A DNA stretch of 64,000 bases, taken from the IMG/VR virus record IMGVR_UViG_3300036985_005327, positions 1 to 64,000 of that record; one strand, 5' to 3'. The translations under genes and the position numbers were made by a program. Below are positions 55,371 through 64,000 of this stretch, one piece after another. Below the pieces are notes generated by a model. That model was not told the origin of the DNA, ran no database searches, and was given only the letters and a program-made list of their open reading frames with translations. Source of the stretch: a virus. How positions within the stretch are numbered: the stretch's first letter is position 1; every line of letters begins with the position of its first letter.

Positions 55371-55880
55371 ATGACTCTTCTCGCTTCGAAATTCGACATC
55401 GTCACGTGCGACCCGCACCCGGCTGCGCTGGCTTCGCTGGGTTTGACCCTCGACGTGTATGGCGCTCTGGGTCCGGACTCGGAAGGTTCTCCTCGCGCCG
55501 GTTCTATCCAGGCGGGCATGATCTGCATTATGGACTCCGCGAACAGCGGCAAAGCCATCGTTGCAGACAACGACGATGCCAAGACGAACGCTCCTTGCCT
55601 GATGTTCATCGCCGTGGACGGCAACGCCGACTACGACGGTAGCTTCACCGGCAAGTGCACGTTCATCCAGGGTGGCGTTCGCATCAAGGCTCCGTACTAC
55701 GTCTCCACGTCGTACACCATCGGTGACATCCTCACCTGTGACAACACCACGGGTGGCTCCTTCCGCGCTGCGGCTCAGGCGGAAGCCTGTTACGGAGTCG
55801 TTGGTCCGCTCGGTCTCGATTCCACTAACGCCGTGCTGGATGTCATCATCCCGCAAGGCATTTCGATGCAGCACCCGTAA
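55371..55880 (+). CDS. Head decoration/cement protein (putative)
   Basis: 169 aa, G/A/T-rich, strong codon bias, immediately before the MCP. Confidence 0.6.
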   Translation: MTLLASKFDIVTCDPHPAALASLGLTLDVYGALGPDSEGSPRAGSIQAGMICIMDSANSGKAIVADNDDAKTNAPCLMFIAVDGNADYDGSFTGKCTFIQGGVRIKAPYYVSTSYTIGDILTCDNTTGGSFRAAAQAEACYGVVGPLGLDSTNAVLDVIIPQGISMQHP

Positions 55881-55921
55881 ACCGGGTTAACTAACTTTTC
55901 AAAAAGGAAAGAGGAAATAAA

Positions 55922-56845
55922 ATGAGCGCTACTAGCTACCCGGTTGAGAACCCGCACATCACGGCGCAGTTCCTCAACAGCAACTTCATCCGCAAAATCG
56001 AGAGCGGCCAGGTCAAAGAGGCTCAGGCTGAGGGCGGTGCCTTCATCCGTGAGAAGCTGCGCCAGGAAGCGGCCGTCCGTGAGATCATTGTTCCCCAGGG
56101 CATCACTGAGGACCAGATCGACCGTACGCTCGACAGCGATCAGCCGATCAAGATCATCGACAAGGAGCCCGACTCGGTCGCGACCTTCGTCAACTTCCAG
56201 GGCACCGGCCAGCGCACGTGGTTCCGTGGCAAGCGCTACGCGGTGAAGTTCGGCAAGATCGAGAGCCAGCGGTTCACCAAGTCGAAGTTCGAGCTCATGA
56301 CCTACACGAGCGACATCCGGCAGATCTTGTCGGACAACTCCGTGAAGGACATGGCGGACGAGGAAGATCGCAAGTTCTACGAGACCATCCTCGCCATCAC
56401 GGTTGCGAACCCGAGCGTTCAGCAGACCAACGGTGCCTTCCAGAGCGGTACCTTCAAGCTGGCCATGCGCGCCATGCTCGAGCGTCGTCGCCCCGTCGGC
56501 AAGATGCTCATGGCGAAGGCCCGGTACCTCGACGCCCTGGACCTCCCGGCGACCTCCGTCGGCGACGACATCGCGAAGCGCCACTTCGACGAGGGCATCG
56601 AGTCCTCGCAGAAGCTTTGGGGCATCCCGGTCGTGACCACGGTTAAGCCGCAGGTCTACTCGATGAACCACGCGTTCATCTTCGCCCCCCAGAGCCCCAA
56701 CAACTTCCTCGGGAACTTCTACCTCTTGCAAGATGCGACTCTGTACATCGAGCAGAAGGCGGACACGATCATGTTCTGGACGTACGAGGCGCTGGGTATC
56801 GGCGTTGGTAACTCGCTGTCCATCCAACAGATCATCTTCCCGTGA
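55922..56845 (+). CDS. Major capsid protein (putative, HK97 fold)
   Basis: 307 aa with very strong C/G-ending codon bias; follows protease, scaffold and decoration genes; KLWGIPVV motif; followed by a terminator. Confidence 0.75.
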   Translation: MSATSYPVENPHITAQFLNSNFIRKIESGQVKEAQAEGGAFIREKLRQEAAVREIIVPQGITEDQIDRTLDSDQPIKIIDKEPDSVATFVNFQGTGQRTWFRGKRYAVKFGKIESQRFTKSKFELMTYTSDIRQILSDNSVKDMADEEDRKFYETILAITVANPSVQQTNGAFQSGTFKLAMRAMLERRRPVGKMLMAKARYLDALDLPATSVGDDIAKRHFDEGIESSQKLWGIPVVTTVKPQVYSMNHAFIFAPQSPNNFLGNFYLLQDATLYIEQKADTIMFWTYEALGIGVGNSLSIQQIIFP

Positions 56846-56860
56846 TGTTGGCCCACTGAT

Positions 56861-56916
56861 GGTTCCCAGCCAGCTAGTTTGCTCCTTTGCTCCCCTATCT
56901 GGCTGGGACCTTCTTT
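56861..56916 (+). terminator. Intrinsic terminator-like hairpin after the MCP
   Basis: CCCAGCCAG..CTGGCTGGG stem followed by TTCTTT. Confidence 0.65.
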
Positions 56917-56931
56917 CCTAAGGAGACTGTG

Positions 56932-57294
56932 ATGTCACTCGTCAAAATCAAGAACGTTACGAACGGGAAACTAGTCTTCATGGCTGTTCGCGGCTACGAC
57001 GATTGTCCCTTGACGCTCGAAGCAGGCGAGGAAAAAGACGTTGTTCCGTCTATGGCCTCACAGCCGTCGTTACGCGCGGTCATCGGGACCAAGGTAGTGA
57101 TTCTCGACAGTGGAGCTCCCAAGGTTGAGAAGCCACAAGTGGTTGTAGCGCCGCCTCCGGTAGTTGAGCACGTTCCTCCAACGTACAAAGCTCCTCCGGA
57201 AGTAGAAGTTGTTCCTGCTTCAGAGGCTGCCGATGACGTAGCTCCTGAAGAGTCTCGCTACCCCAAGCCGTCTCGGAATAAGGGTCGCCGTTAA
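56932..57294 (+). CDS. Hypothetical protein, Pro/Val/Glu-rich tail
   Basis: AAGGAG RBS; typical post-capsid position. Confidence 0.65.
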   Translation: MSLVKIKNVTNGKLVFMAVRGYDDCPLTLEAGEEKDVVPSMASQPSLRAVIGTKVVILDSGAPKVEKPQVVVAPPPVVEHVPPTYKAPPEVEVVPASEAADDVAPEESRYPKPSRNKGRR

Positions 57295-57326
57295 CCTCCT
57301 CCCCCGTTACAACCAAAGCTACCGTG

Positions 57327-57351
57327 TAGGGTAAGACTGCCCTATCATTTT
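57327..57351 (+). terminator. Possible terminator hairpin
   Basis: TAGGGTA-AGAC-TGCCCTA followed by TCATTTT. Confidence 0.4.
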
Positions 57352-57393
57352 GGTGGTACAATTCCCGCATCAACGGCAGGAAGGATTTCTATT

Positions 57394-57663
57394 ATGGCTG
57401 TAATGGTAAATCACAACTACCCAGGGGACCTAGACCTACAGGTGCTCGCACCAAATGGAGATCCTATTGAAGGCGTAGTCGTCACAGTATTTCCACACAC
57501 TGAGTACCACGCTGGTATAGTTGACACTTGGATAGGTCAGACAACCACCGACGGCAATGGTAACTGGGTGGCACCTATTTATCTGGATGAAGACCTGACA
57601 TACGTCGTGCATTTTGAAAAGCCGACTATGTATGGTCCAGTTGTTCTCGAAATTACGACGTAA
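57394..57663 (+). CDS. Small beta-sandwich (carboxypeptidase-regulatory/transthyretin-like) virion protein
   Basis: NGDPIEGVVVTV..TTTDGNGNW pattern. Confidence 0.55.
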   Translation: MAVMVNHNYPGDLDLQVLAPNGDPIEGVVVTVFPHTEYHAGIVDTWIGQTTTDGNGNWVAPIYLDEDLTYVVHFEKPTMYGPVVLEITT

Positions 57664-57679
57664 AGCAAATTGAGGGAAA

Positions 57680-58447
57680 ATGCCGAACGACGTACCCAAG
57701 CAGTTAGTTTCTTTAGACCCAGTTCCGCCATACGGAGTACCGCGTGCCTCAAAACCAGCTTCGGCTCTACTGCCGTCAGACGCATACCCTGTTGGTAATA
57801 AAACTGATTGGCTTAAAGAAGATATTAAACGACTTGACGACAAGAAGTTAAGTACTGATGTATTTTCGCAAAAAGAAGAGTCGAATACCCAACGATTCGA
57901 AATCATCGAAAAGAAGGTTGACACATTAAAAGGGTGTAGCCGAAACGAGGAGTTCGAAGATATGAAAAGGGATATAGCGGGATGGCGGAATTTTTTCCGA
58001 AGTACCGTAGCTGTCGGGTCTCTTGGAGCCCTGGCAGTAATAGCGGGTTGGTTGTGGCAGTACTACACACTCACAGCTTCAGTGTCTGATACTAGCGCCT
58101 CAATCGGGGTTCTCAAAACCGAAATGAAAGAGGTTGCTAAAGAGATACAGACGCACAAAGAGCTCTCTCTGGCGTCTCAAATGGAACAGCAAAAGGACCT
58201 GGAAGTTCGTTTCAATGAAATGGAATACAGGTTAATGCTGGCCATGTCCCGAATGTCTCAGGGGCAACAGTTAAACCAGCCATCCCCGGATGCGTATCTT
58301 AGATCACGCAGGGACCAACTGACCAATTCGCGTGATGTTGGTTCTGCTGCCGTGAACGATGACATCCTAAAACAAGAAGTAAAAGCAATCACAGCGTCAG
58401 TGCCTACGAGTACTGTTCCGCATAACCCCCCTGCGAGGAATCCATGA
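57680..58447 (+). CDS. Single-TM coiled-coil protein (possible lysis membrane protein)
   Basis: Hydrophobic TVAVGSLGALAVIAGWLW segment flanked by coiled coils. Confidence 0.55.
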   Translation: MPNDVPKQLVSLDPVPPYGVPRASKPASALLPSDAYPVGNKTDWLKEDIKRLDDKKLSTDVFSQKEESNTQRFEIIEKKVDTLKGCSRNEEFEDMKRDIAGWRNFFRSTVAVGSLGALAVIAGWLWQYYTLTASVSDTSASIGVLKTEMKEVAKEIQTHKELSLASQMEQQKDLEVRFNEMEYRLMLAMSRMSQGQQLNQPSPDAYLRSRRDQLTNSRDVGSAAVNDDILKQEVKAITASVPTSTVPHNPPARNP

Positions 58448-58923
58448 GCGTTTTGTTTACCACAGGTCCGATTCCAATTGCTGTTCGTCAGGTCTCTGTT
58501 GGCGCTATGACAGGCGTTGCTCCGACAAAGACGGTCACGGCGGTCCCTACTCTTTGTTACTCCACTGTGCCGGTATACCCTGGTGGGTTGTGGGGTTACG
58601 CATTGGCCGCTACACCGACGACGGAAGAAGTCCTTACGGACGGCGGTATCTTCAAGCTGTCGGATACGGACCCTGTCCTCGTGCTCGAAGCACATGCTCA
58701 AGTAGGTTCGGCTCAGACGTACACTGTTGTTCTCCACAATGACGGCGATACGAGCGGAACGTACGACGTAAATATCATAGCTACTGAAGGCGGTAATAAA
58801 ACACGTAAGTGCTTTAGCACTCCCATCATCGTGATGCCGTATCAGTCGTTAAAGGTTACGACTACGGCCGCTGGAGCAATTACGCTTCTAGTAGTTCGTG
58901 CCCAAGCAACACATATTCTCTAA
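58444..58923 (+). CDS. Hypothetical virion protein
   Basis: T/V-rich beta composition; ATGA overlap. Confidence 0.6.
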   Translation: MSVLFTTGPIPIAVRQVSVGAMTGVAPTKTVTAVPTLCYSTVPVYPGGLWGYALAATPTTEEVLTDGGIFKLSDTDPVLVLEAHAQVGSAQTYTVVLHNDGDTSGTYDVNIIATEGGNKTRKCFSTPIIVMPYQSLKVTTTAAGAITLLVVRAQATHIL

Positions 58924-58931
58924 GAGGTACC

Positions 58932-59399
58932 ATGACCGTTACCCTACCGCAGAATCAGTTGCCTTTAACCACCGACGACATTCGCTGGTTTTTGCGTGAT
59001 ACTCCGGAGCATAACATCATTCTGCCGGGGGGTATCGAGTTCACGGACGACGACATCCAAAGGGCCATTCGTTTTACGACGTCCAAGTACAACGCGATGA
59101 CCCCTATGACCCAAGTTCCGTCGTCGTCTTTGAACGAGTACATGCTTCTTTGTGGCGTCTGCGCCATGCTACTTCGCTCTGAGGGTATTCGTCAGAACCG
59201 AAATGAGCTCCGTGCTCAGGACGGAAACATCGCGCCAGTAAACCTCGACGAAAAGCAGGCCCAGTACTCTGCGTGGGCTGACCGCATGCAGCAAGAGTTT
59301 GAAGTACACGCTCGCAACATAAAGACCCAGATCAATATGGAGTCTGTGTACGGTCATATCTCCTCGGGCTATCGGTACATTGGTAGGTACACAATATGA
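58932..59399 (+). CDS. Putative head-tail adaptor
   Basis: DDIRWFLRD..FTDDDI pattern, 155 aa, between MCP and sheath. Confidence 0.55.
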   Translation: MTVTLPQNQLPLTTDDIRWFLRDTPEHNIILPGGIEFTDDDIQRAIRFTTSKYNAMTPMTQVPSSSLNEYMLLCGVCAMLLRSEGIRQNRNELRAQDGNIAPVNLDEKQAQYSAWADRMQQEFEVHARNIKTQINMESVYGHISSGYRYIGRYTI

Positions 59400-60331
59400 C
59401 ATCGGCCAATGCTGTTCCTCTGTCTATGCGCCAAGGGGTGCAGAGTCTACCCATTAAGACGTCGAGTCTTCTTGAGATAGAGGTCACACGTGTGTACCCT
59501 ATGTGGCCAAGACGAGTTTTTGTACAGTGGATACTCCGTAATGTTCCTCAAGGAGCACCGGACTATCTCTTTAACGTGTACAAATCATCAGGTCCTTCTG
59601 GGCCATGGACAACTCTAGCAACTGGGTTGGATAACACGTACTTCTACGTTGACGAGAGTTTTGGGGCTACGGTTGATAACACGCAACAGAGCCTCTACTC
59701 GCTCAAGGTGTCTCTCAACTACAAAATAGAAGTGTTGAGTCCTCCAGACCCTCCTGATCTACCTGAAGATCCTCCAGGTGACCCAACGCTCATCACGAGC
59801 GTAACAAAGAACCTTGAGCCATGGATGGACCAACGACGTGCGGGCATTGCCAGAAAGCTTGTGCGGGATTCTCTGATAGCTCTTAAGGCTGTGGGTTTAG
59901 AGTGCGCTATCTTGAAGAAGAAGAGCTGGGGAGCTCGGTGTCCATTGTGCGTAGCTATCGCCAACAAGAGCACACGTACGGCGTGTCCGTCATGTTACGG
60001 AACTACCATTGTAGGCGGTTACGAGACTGCCCATTACGGATACGCGATTCTAACTTCGAACGCTGTGAACACCACGACTCGGATACAAGGCCAAGTAGAG
60101 ACCAAAGAACGCCAAATCATTATGGCGAACATCCCGCTCATGGACGTAGACGATGTCGTCGTGTTTCTCCGGAGTGGTAAACGGTTCATAGTCACGAGAG
60201 TTCTTCCGACTACCATTCAAGATACAGACGTACACCAGGAGTTGTCCGTCAGTGAACTGAATCCGAGTGCTGTCGAGTATGAAATAAACGTCGATCCGTG
60301 GCATGAGCCATGCTGGTGGGTTACACCGTAA
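59396..60331 (+). CDS. Putative neck/head-closure protein
   Basis: FN3-like N-terminus; RCPLC..CPSCYGT..GGY motif; position before the sheath. Confidence 0.55.
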   Translation: MTSANAVPLSMRQGVQSLPIKTSSLLEIEVTRVYPMWPRRVFVQWILRNVPQGAPDYLFNVYKSSGPSGPWTTLATGLDNTYFYVDESFGATVDNTQQSLYSLKVSLNYKIEVLSPPDPPDLPEDPPGDPTLITSVTKNLEPWMDQRRAGIARKLVRDSLIALKAVGLECAILKKKSWGARCPLCVAIANKSTRTACPSCYGTTIVGGYETAHYGYAILTSNAVNTTTRIQGQVETKERQIIMANIPLMDVDDVVVFLRSGKRFIVTRVLPTTIQDTDVHQELSVSELNPSAVEYEINVDPWHEPCWWVTP

Positions 60332-61146
60332 TGTCCATTATCGTAACAAACAAAAACTATGTCGGTGGAGCTATTCCTAGGTCTGAGGACGAATCTCGCC
60401 GCGTAGCTCCAGGTACTCCTTTGGCTCTCGTGGGTCTCTTTATGTTGGCGATACGCCAGCGCTTTGGCTACAACGCTCTCGCGACTAGCGTAATCGGCGG
60501 TGGGAGCATTGGGTTACCCGAAGACAATCAGTACGTAGAGACGCCCGACGATGACTCTGAACAACTCCCGTGGGTGTGGGACAACACAATTAGGCCACCA
60601 AATGAGTGCCCTCCCCCCGAAAACCCAGACTTGGTGCGCACAAAAATCCTGATTGACTCTGGGTTCAATATCCACAGGGGTACGCACAACTACCGGCCAG
60701 CCATCTACGTGGACCACGGGAATACCATCGCTCAAAAGATCATGGTGGATAACCGCGTCGGTAACCATCTTCCCAGCGGACTTGTTGGTTATTACTGCTT
60801 AGCTAATACCGAGATGATGATTGAGTGCGACGCAGAGACTCCGGGAGAAGCTTCAATCCTAGGGGAAACAGTTTGGTTTTTCCTGTTAGCCACGAGGGAC
60901 ATCTTCCGAAAAGATTTTGGGTTACATGACATTTCTGAACCTGTTCTCGGAAAGACGTTCAACGACAACGAGGACAAAGCAGTTTGGAAGACCCCTATTT
61001 CTTTTGGGGTCACTTCAGAGCTTCGTTGGGCTGTTCGACCTGTCAGCCCTCTCGTAAACGACATCGCCGTATTTATTCAGAAGCAAGGAGTGACTCCAGA
61101 TACGCTGTACCAGCAGATAGCTTTGCAGACTTCTGTCAGAGAGTAA
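60331..61146 (+). CDS. Putative tail completion protein
   Basis: TAATG coupling; immediately precedes the sheath. Confidence 0.5.
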   Translation: MSIIVTNKNYVGGAIPRSEDESRRVAPGTPLALVGLFMLAIRQRFGYNALATSVIGGGSIGLPEDNQYVETPDDDSEQLPWVWDNTIRPPNECPPPENPDLVRTKILIDSGFNIHRGTHNYRPAIYVDHGNTIAQKIMVDNRVGNHLPSGLVGYYCLANTEMMIECDAETPGEASILGETVWFFLLATRDIFRKDFGLHDISEPVLGKTFNDNEDKAVWKTPISFGVTSELRWAVRPVSPLVNDIAVFIQKQGVTPDTLYQQIALQTSVRE

Positions 61147-61197
61147 AAAACGTATACTTCATCTGAATTGACGCGCACCCTGTAAAGGAGCTAAAAG

Positions 61198-63924
61198 ATG
61201 GCCCTCACTAGACCAAATGCGGTTGTTTTCCAAGAGTACAAGGACTTCTCGGTCACTCCGAGTATCCCTGATCTGAACGTGCTTGTGGTTGGTCCGTGCT
61301 ACCAAATCCTCGATTACATCGATGATAAAACCGACTGTTACGCCGACACGTACGGTAGCGCGGCAGACGCAAATAACCCGATTGTCACGACGACTGACGT
61401 TGACATTCTCACCCCTCCAGAGGTTGAGGCCGGTGCGATTCTCAAAGACGATAGCGTAAAAATCTTCTTTGATAATTACCGCGTTGCCCTGAAGGAAGTC
61501 ACGGACTCCAGCGGGCAAGTCGCGGGTCTCGCGAAGTTCTGGTCTGGTGACAATCTGTTCCGGGGTGATGACGTTACGTCCACCGTCTACAACATGAACA
61601 AGTTGGGCGTCCAAGCAGGCGATAAGCTCATCACCAACCAAGGTAACCCTGCTTCTGTTTCGGACATCACACGCACTGTCAAAGAGCTCGTGCACATCTT
61701 GCGCTCGACAGGGTCTACTCCGGACTATGACTCCATCAGTGCTGACACGGGCGACATCATCACCATTACCGGGGATACCGCTGGTACTCCGCGTAACGGG
61801 ACGTATACGGTAAAGAAGAAGTACGTCGAGAACGGCACGTCTATCCCACTCGCCATTGAGATCGAACCGGCGGATGCCACGAACTTGATCGGTACCACTG
61901 GCAACGTTCACATGGTGGTAACGGCTCCTGACGGCACCGTGAAGTACGACTCGGCTACCGTGGACGGCGTTCGCGACGAGTGCTTCATCCGTACGACTGT
62001 GGACTTCGCTGCTGCAAACAGCGCAACGGCTGGCTACCGCCTCTGGCGCATCGAGCGCGAGCTCAACGACCTGGAGATCCCTGCTGGCAATGTCACGGTA
62101 GACGCGGTCACCAAAGTAGTCACTGTTGACGGAGCCCTGACGGACAGTGTTTTGGTACAAGGCGTTGCCGCCGATTTGCGGATTACGGCCGCGAGCATCT
62201 ACATGCAGTACCTGGCCCTTCGCCAGGACCTGCAGAACATCACCGACATCGAGAACACCCCAGCCCTCACGACGCTGCTGGGCAAGTACGATGCGCGTAA
62301 CCCGCTGCATGTCGGCGCGTCCGTAGCCAAACAAAACACCACGACCAAGGTGCGAGTTTACGGCGTAGCGTCTGACGACATCGCAGGGTATGGCGACTTC
62401 TTAGATCGCATCAGCGCCGAGCGTTATGTGTACGCTCTCGTGCCGCTGACGTACGACACCTCGATTCTCGGTGCGTTCAAGCTCATGGCCGAGAACTACG
62501 CCGATCCCACGTACTGTCTGGATAATGGCATCAAGCAGAAGTTCCGGAACGTCATCGGCGCAGTCGAGCTCGAGACTCAGAAAGAGGTCATCGCGGCTAT
62601 CGGCGGCGGCACGGTTTCGAAGCAAGTGGGGAGCACCCCGGCTGGGACGAAGACGTTCACCGTGACGGCCGACGCGGGTCAGCATTATGACCTCTCAGCG
62701 GATAAGGTTCTTCCTGGCGACACCATCACGGTTCTCCATACAACGGGAACCGCGACTTACACCGTAGCGCATGTGAATAGCGCGACCGCGTGTGAGATCA
62801 CGACGTCAGTACTTACGCCGCTTGTGCTGGACGCGTCGAGCAAGCTCAACATCTACGTCGGGGCAACGACCGTTAAGCGTATGACCGTGGAGCTGTCCAA
62901 CGTCGGTACGGGCACTACGTTCTCTATCGCGAACGCCGCGTTGGACGAGCTGTACACGGTGCTGACTGTTCCCACGGCGAACTTCGCGAACGTGGTTCCC
63001 GGTGACATCCTTCAGATCCCCTCGGACCCGGAAGTCAGCACCTGGACGACGTACGACTCGTGGATCGTTTCGCTCGTCGAGAGCACCACTCGTCTGCGCG
63101 TAGTCAACGAGGGTTCGAACACCGACACCCTGGCGAACGAGCTCCCGCATCTCACGAAGCGTACAGCCGCAACTGACCGTGCTGTGACCAGCGGAAGCGT
63201 GTACTGCCGCGTTCTGCGCAACATGGACAAGTCGGAACAGGTCACCAACATGCTGGCTACCGCTCAGGGGTTCGCGTCTAAGCGCACGCTCCTCACGTAC
63301 CCGGCTCTGTGCGATGTCTCTGGCTTGGTCGATGGTAGCCTCGCGCGTACCACGTCCACGATAAAAGCCACGGCAGCTAGCCAGCCGGGCTATTATCTGT
63401 CGTGCCTTGTCGGTGGCCAGACTGCGGGTCAGCCTTCGCAGCAGGGCTTCACGAACCTTCCGGGCAATGGTATCTCCCGCGTGTACGGTTCGAACGACTA
63501 CTTCACCGAGGAGCAGCTCACGGACCTGTCCAATGGTGGTGTGTACGTCTTCGTCCAGGACACCACTACCTCACTGCCGTACACTATTCATGAGGTCACT
63601 ACCGATGTGGTTTCACTGGAGACGGGCGAGTACATGGCAGTCAAGAACCTCGACTTCATTTCGATGATGTTCCTCGATACGCTGCGAGGGTTCTTGGGTC
63701 GTTGGAACATCAACACGGACACCATCCGCACGATTCACCAGGCATGTACGGCGACCATCACTAACCTGAAGTCGCGTTATGTCGTGAAGATTGGTGCCCC
63801 TCTCATCAGCGCGACAATCGATTCGGTTGAAGAGAGTGACATCAGCGAAGACCGTATCGAAGCGTACATCAGCGTCCTGCAACCCATGACACTCAATGTC
63901 ATCGGACTTCACCTGGTGGCCTGA
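61198..63924 (+). CDS. Tail sheath protein
   Basis: 908 aa; N-terminal RPNAVVFQE and sheath-like C-terminus (LSNGGV..VKNLDF..GRWNI..PMTLNVI); strong codon bias. Confidence 0.8.
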   Translation: MALTRPNAVVFQEYKDFSVTPSIPDLNVLVVGPCYQILDYIDDKTDCYADTYGSAADANNPIVTTTDVDILTPPEVEAGAILKDDSVKIFFDNYRVALKEVTDSSGQVAGLAKFWSGDNLFRGDDVTSTVYNMNKLGVQAGDKLITNQGNPASVSDITRTVKELVHILRSTGSTPDYDSISADTGDIITITGDTAGTPRNGTYTVKKKYVENGTSIPLAIEIEPADATNLIGTTGNVHMVVTAPDGTVKYDSATVDGVRDECFIRTTVDFAAANSATAGYRLWRIERELNDLEIPAGNVTVDAVTKVVTVDGALTDSVLVQGVAADLRITAASIYMQYLALRQDLQNITDIENTPALTTLLGKYDARNPLHVGASVAKQNTTTKVRVYGVASDDIAGYGDFLDRISAERYVYALVPLTYDTSILGAFKLMAENYADPTYCLDNGIKQKFRNVIGAVELETQKEVIAAIGGGTVSKQVGSTPAGTKTFTVTADAGQHYDLSADKVLPGDTITVLHTTGTATYTVAHVNSATACEITTSVLTPLVLDASSKLNIYVGATTVKRMTVELSNVGTGTTFSIANAALDELYTVLTVPTANFANVVPGDILQIPSDPEVSTWTTYDSWIVSLVESTTRLRVVNEGSNTDTLANELPHLTKRTAATDRAVTSGSVYCRVLRNMDKSEQVTNMLATAQGFASKRTLLTYPALCDVSGLVDGSLARTTSTIKATAASQPGYYLSCLVGGQTAGQPSQQGFTNLPGNGISRVYGSNDYFTEEQLTDLSNGGVYVFVQDTTTSLPYTIHEVTTDVVSLETGEYMAVKNLDFISMMFLDTLRGFLGRWNINTDTIRTIHQACTATITNLKSRYVVKIGAPLISATIDSVEESDISEDRIEAYISVLQPMTLNVIGLHLVA

Positions 63925-64000
63925 TGCATCTTGATTTTGCGAAGCAAGCGTTCGACCGGGGTTACGAGGATACCCTCGTAGCCCTTGGTCTCTCTTCCAT
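63924..64000 (+). CDS. Hypothetical protein, 5' fragment
   Basis: TGATG coupling; reads MHLDFAKQAFDRGYEDTLVALGLSS to the window end. Confidence 0.6.
   Translation, partial: MHLDFAKQAFDRGYEDTLVALGLSS

Noticed and set aside
1-64000. Stop-codon reassignment, as seen in some large phages
   Set aside because: All conserved genes are intact in code 11, and TAG, TGA and TAA all end genes at sensible positions.

Overview
A gene-dense 64-kb segment of a large (probably jumbo) contractile-tailed dsDNA bacteriophage, read in the standard genetic code. All calls come from motif recognition by eye; no database searches were run. Minus-strand genes are mostly replication and nucleotide metabolism: class II RNR, RuvC, PolA with a UDG-like N-terminus, primase-helicase, two PD-(D/E)xK nucleases, ParB, SNF2 helicase, amidase and a MoxR ATPase. 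Plus-strand genes are mostly virion and transcription: terminase, portal, a fused beta/beta'-N RNA polymerase with two inteins, a separate beta'-C gene, a sigma-70 factor, a LigD-like Pol+PE protein, an intein-containing prohead protease, major capsid, neck proteins and tail sheath. Most notable: (1) a tightly coupled minus-strand operon of VWA-metallopeptidase, Cys-rich ORF, retron-type reverse transcriptase and a second Cys-rich ORF, with a MoxR ATPase nearby and no room for a canonical msr-msd; (2) a head module whose proteins are rich in K-x-A motifs and share a [FY]xxG[YW]xD(T/V)(L/I)xxLG motif, a candidate cleavage and packaging code that also tags the LigD-like enzyme; (3) an intein ending in Tyr-Asp inserted directly after the RNAP catalytic DxDGD. 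No tRNA, rRNA or CRISPR array was recognised.
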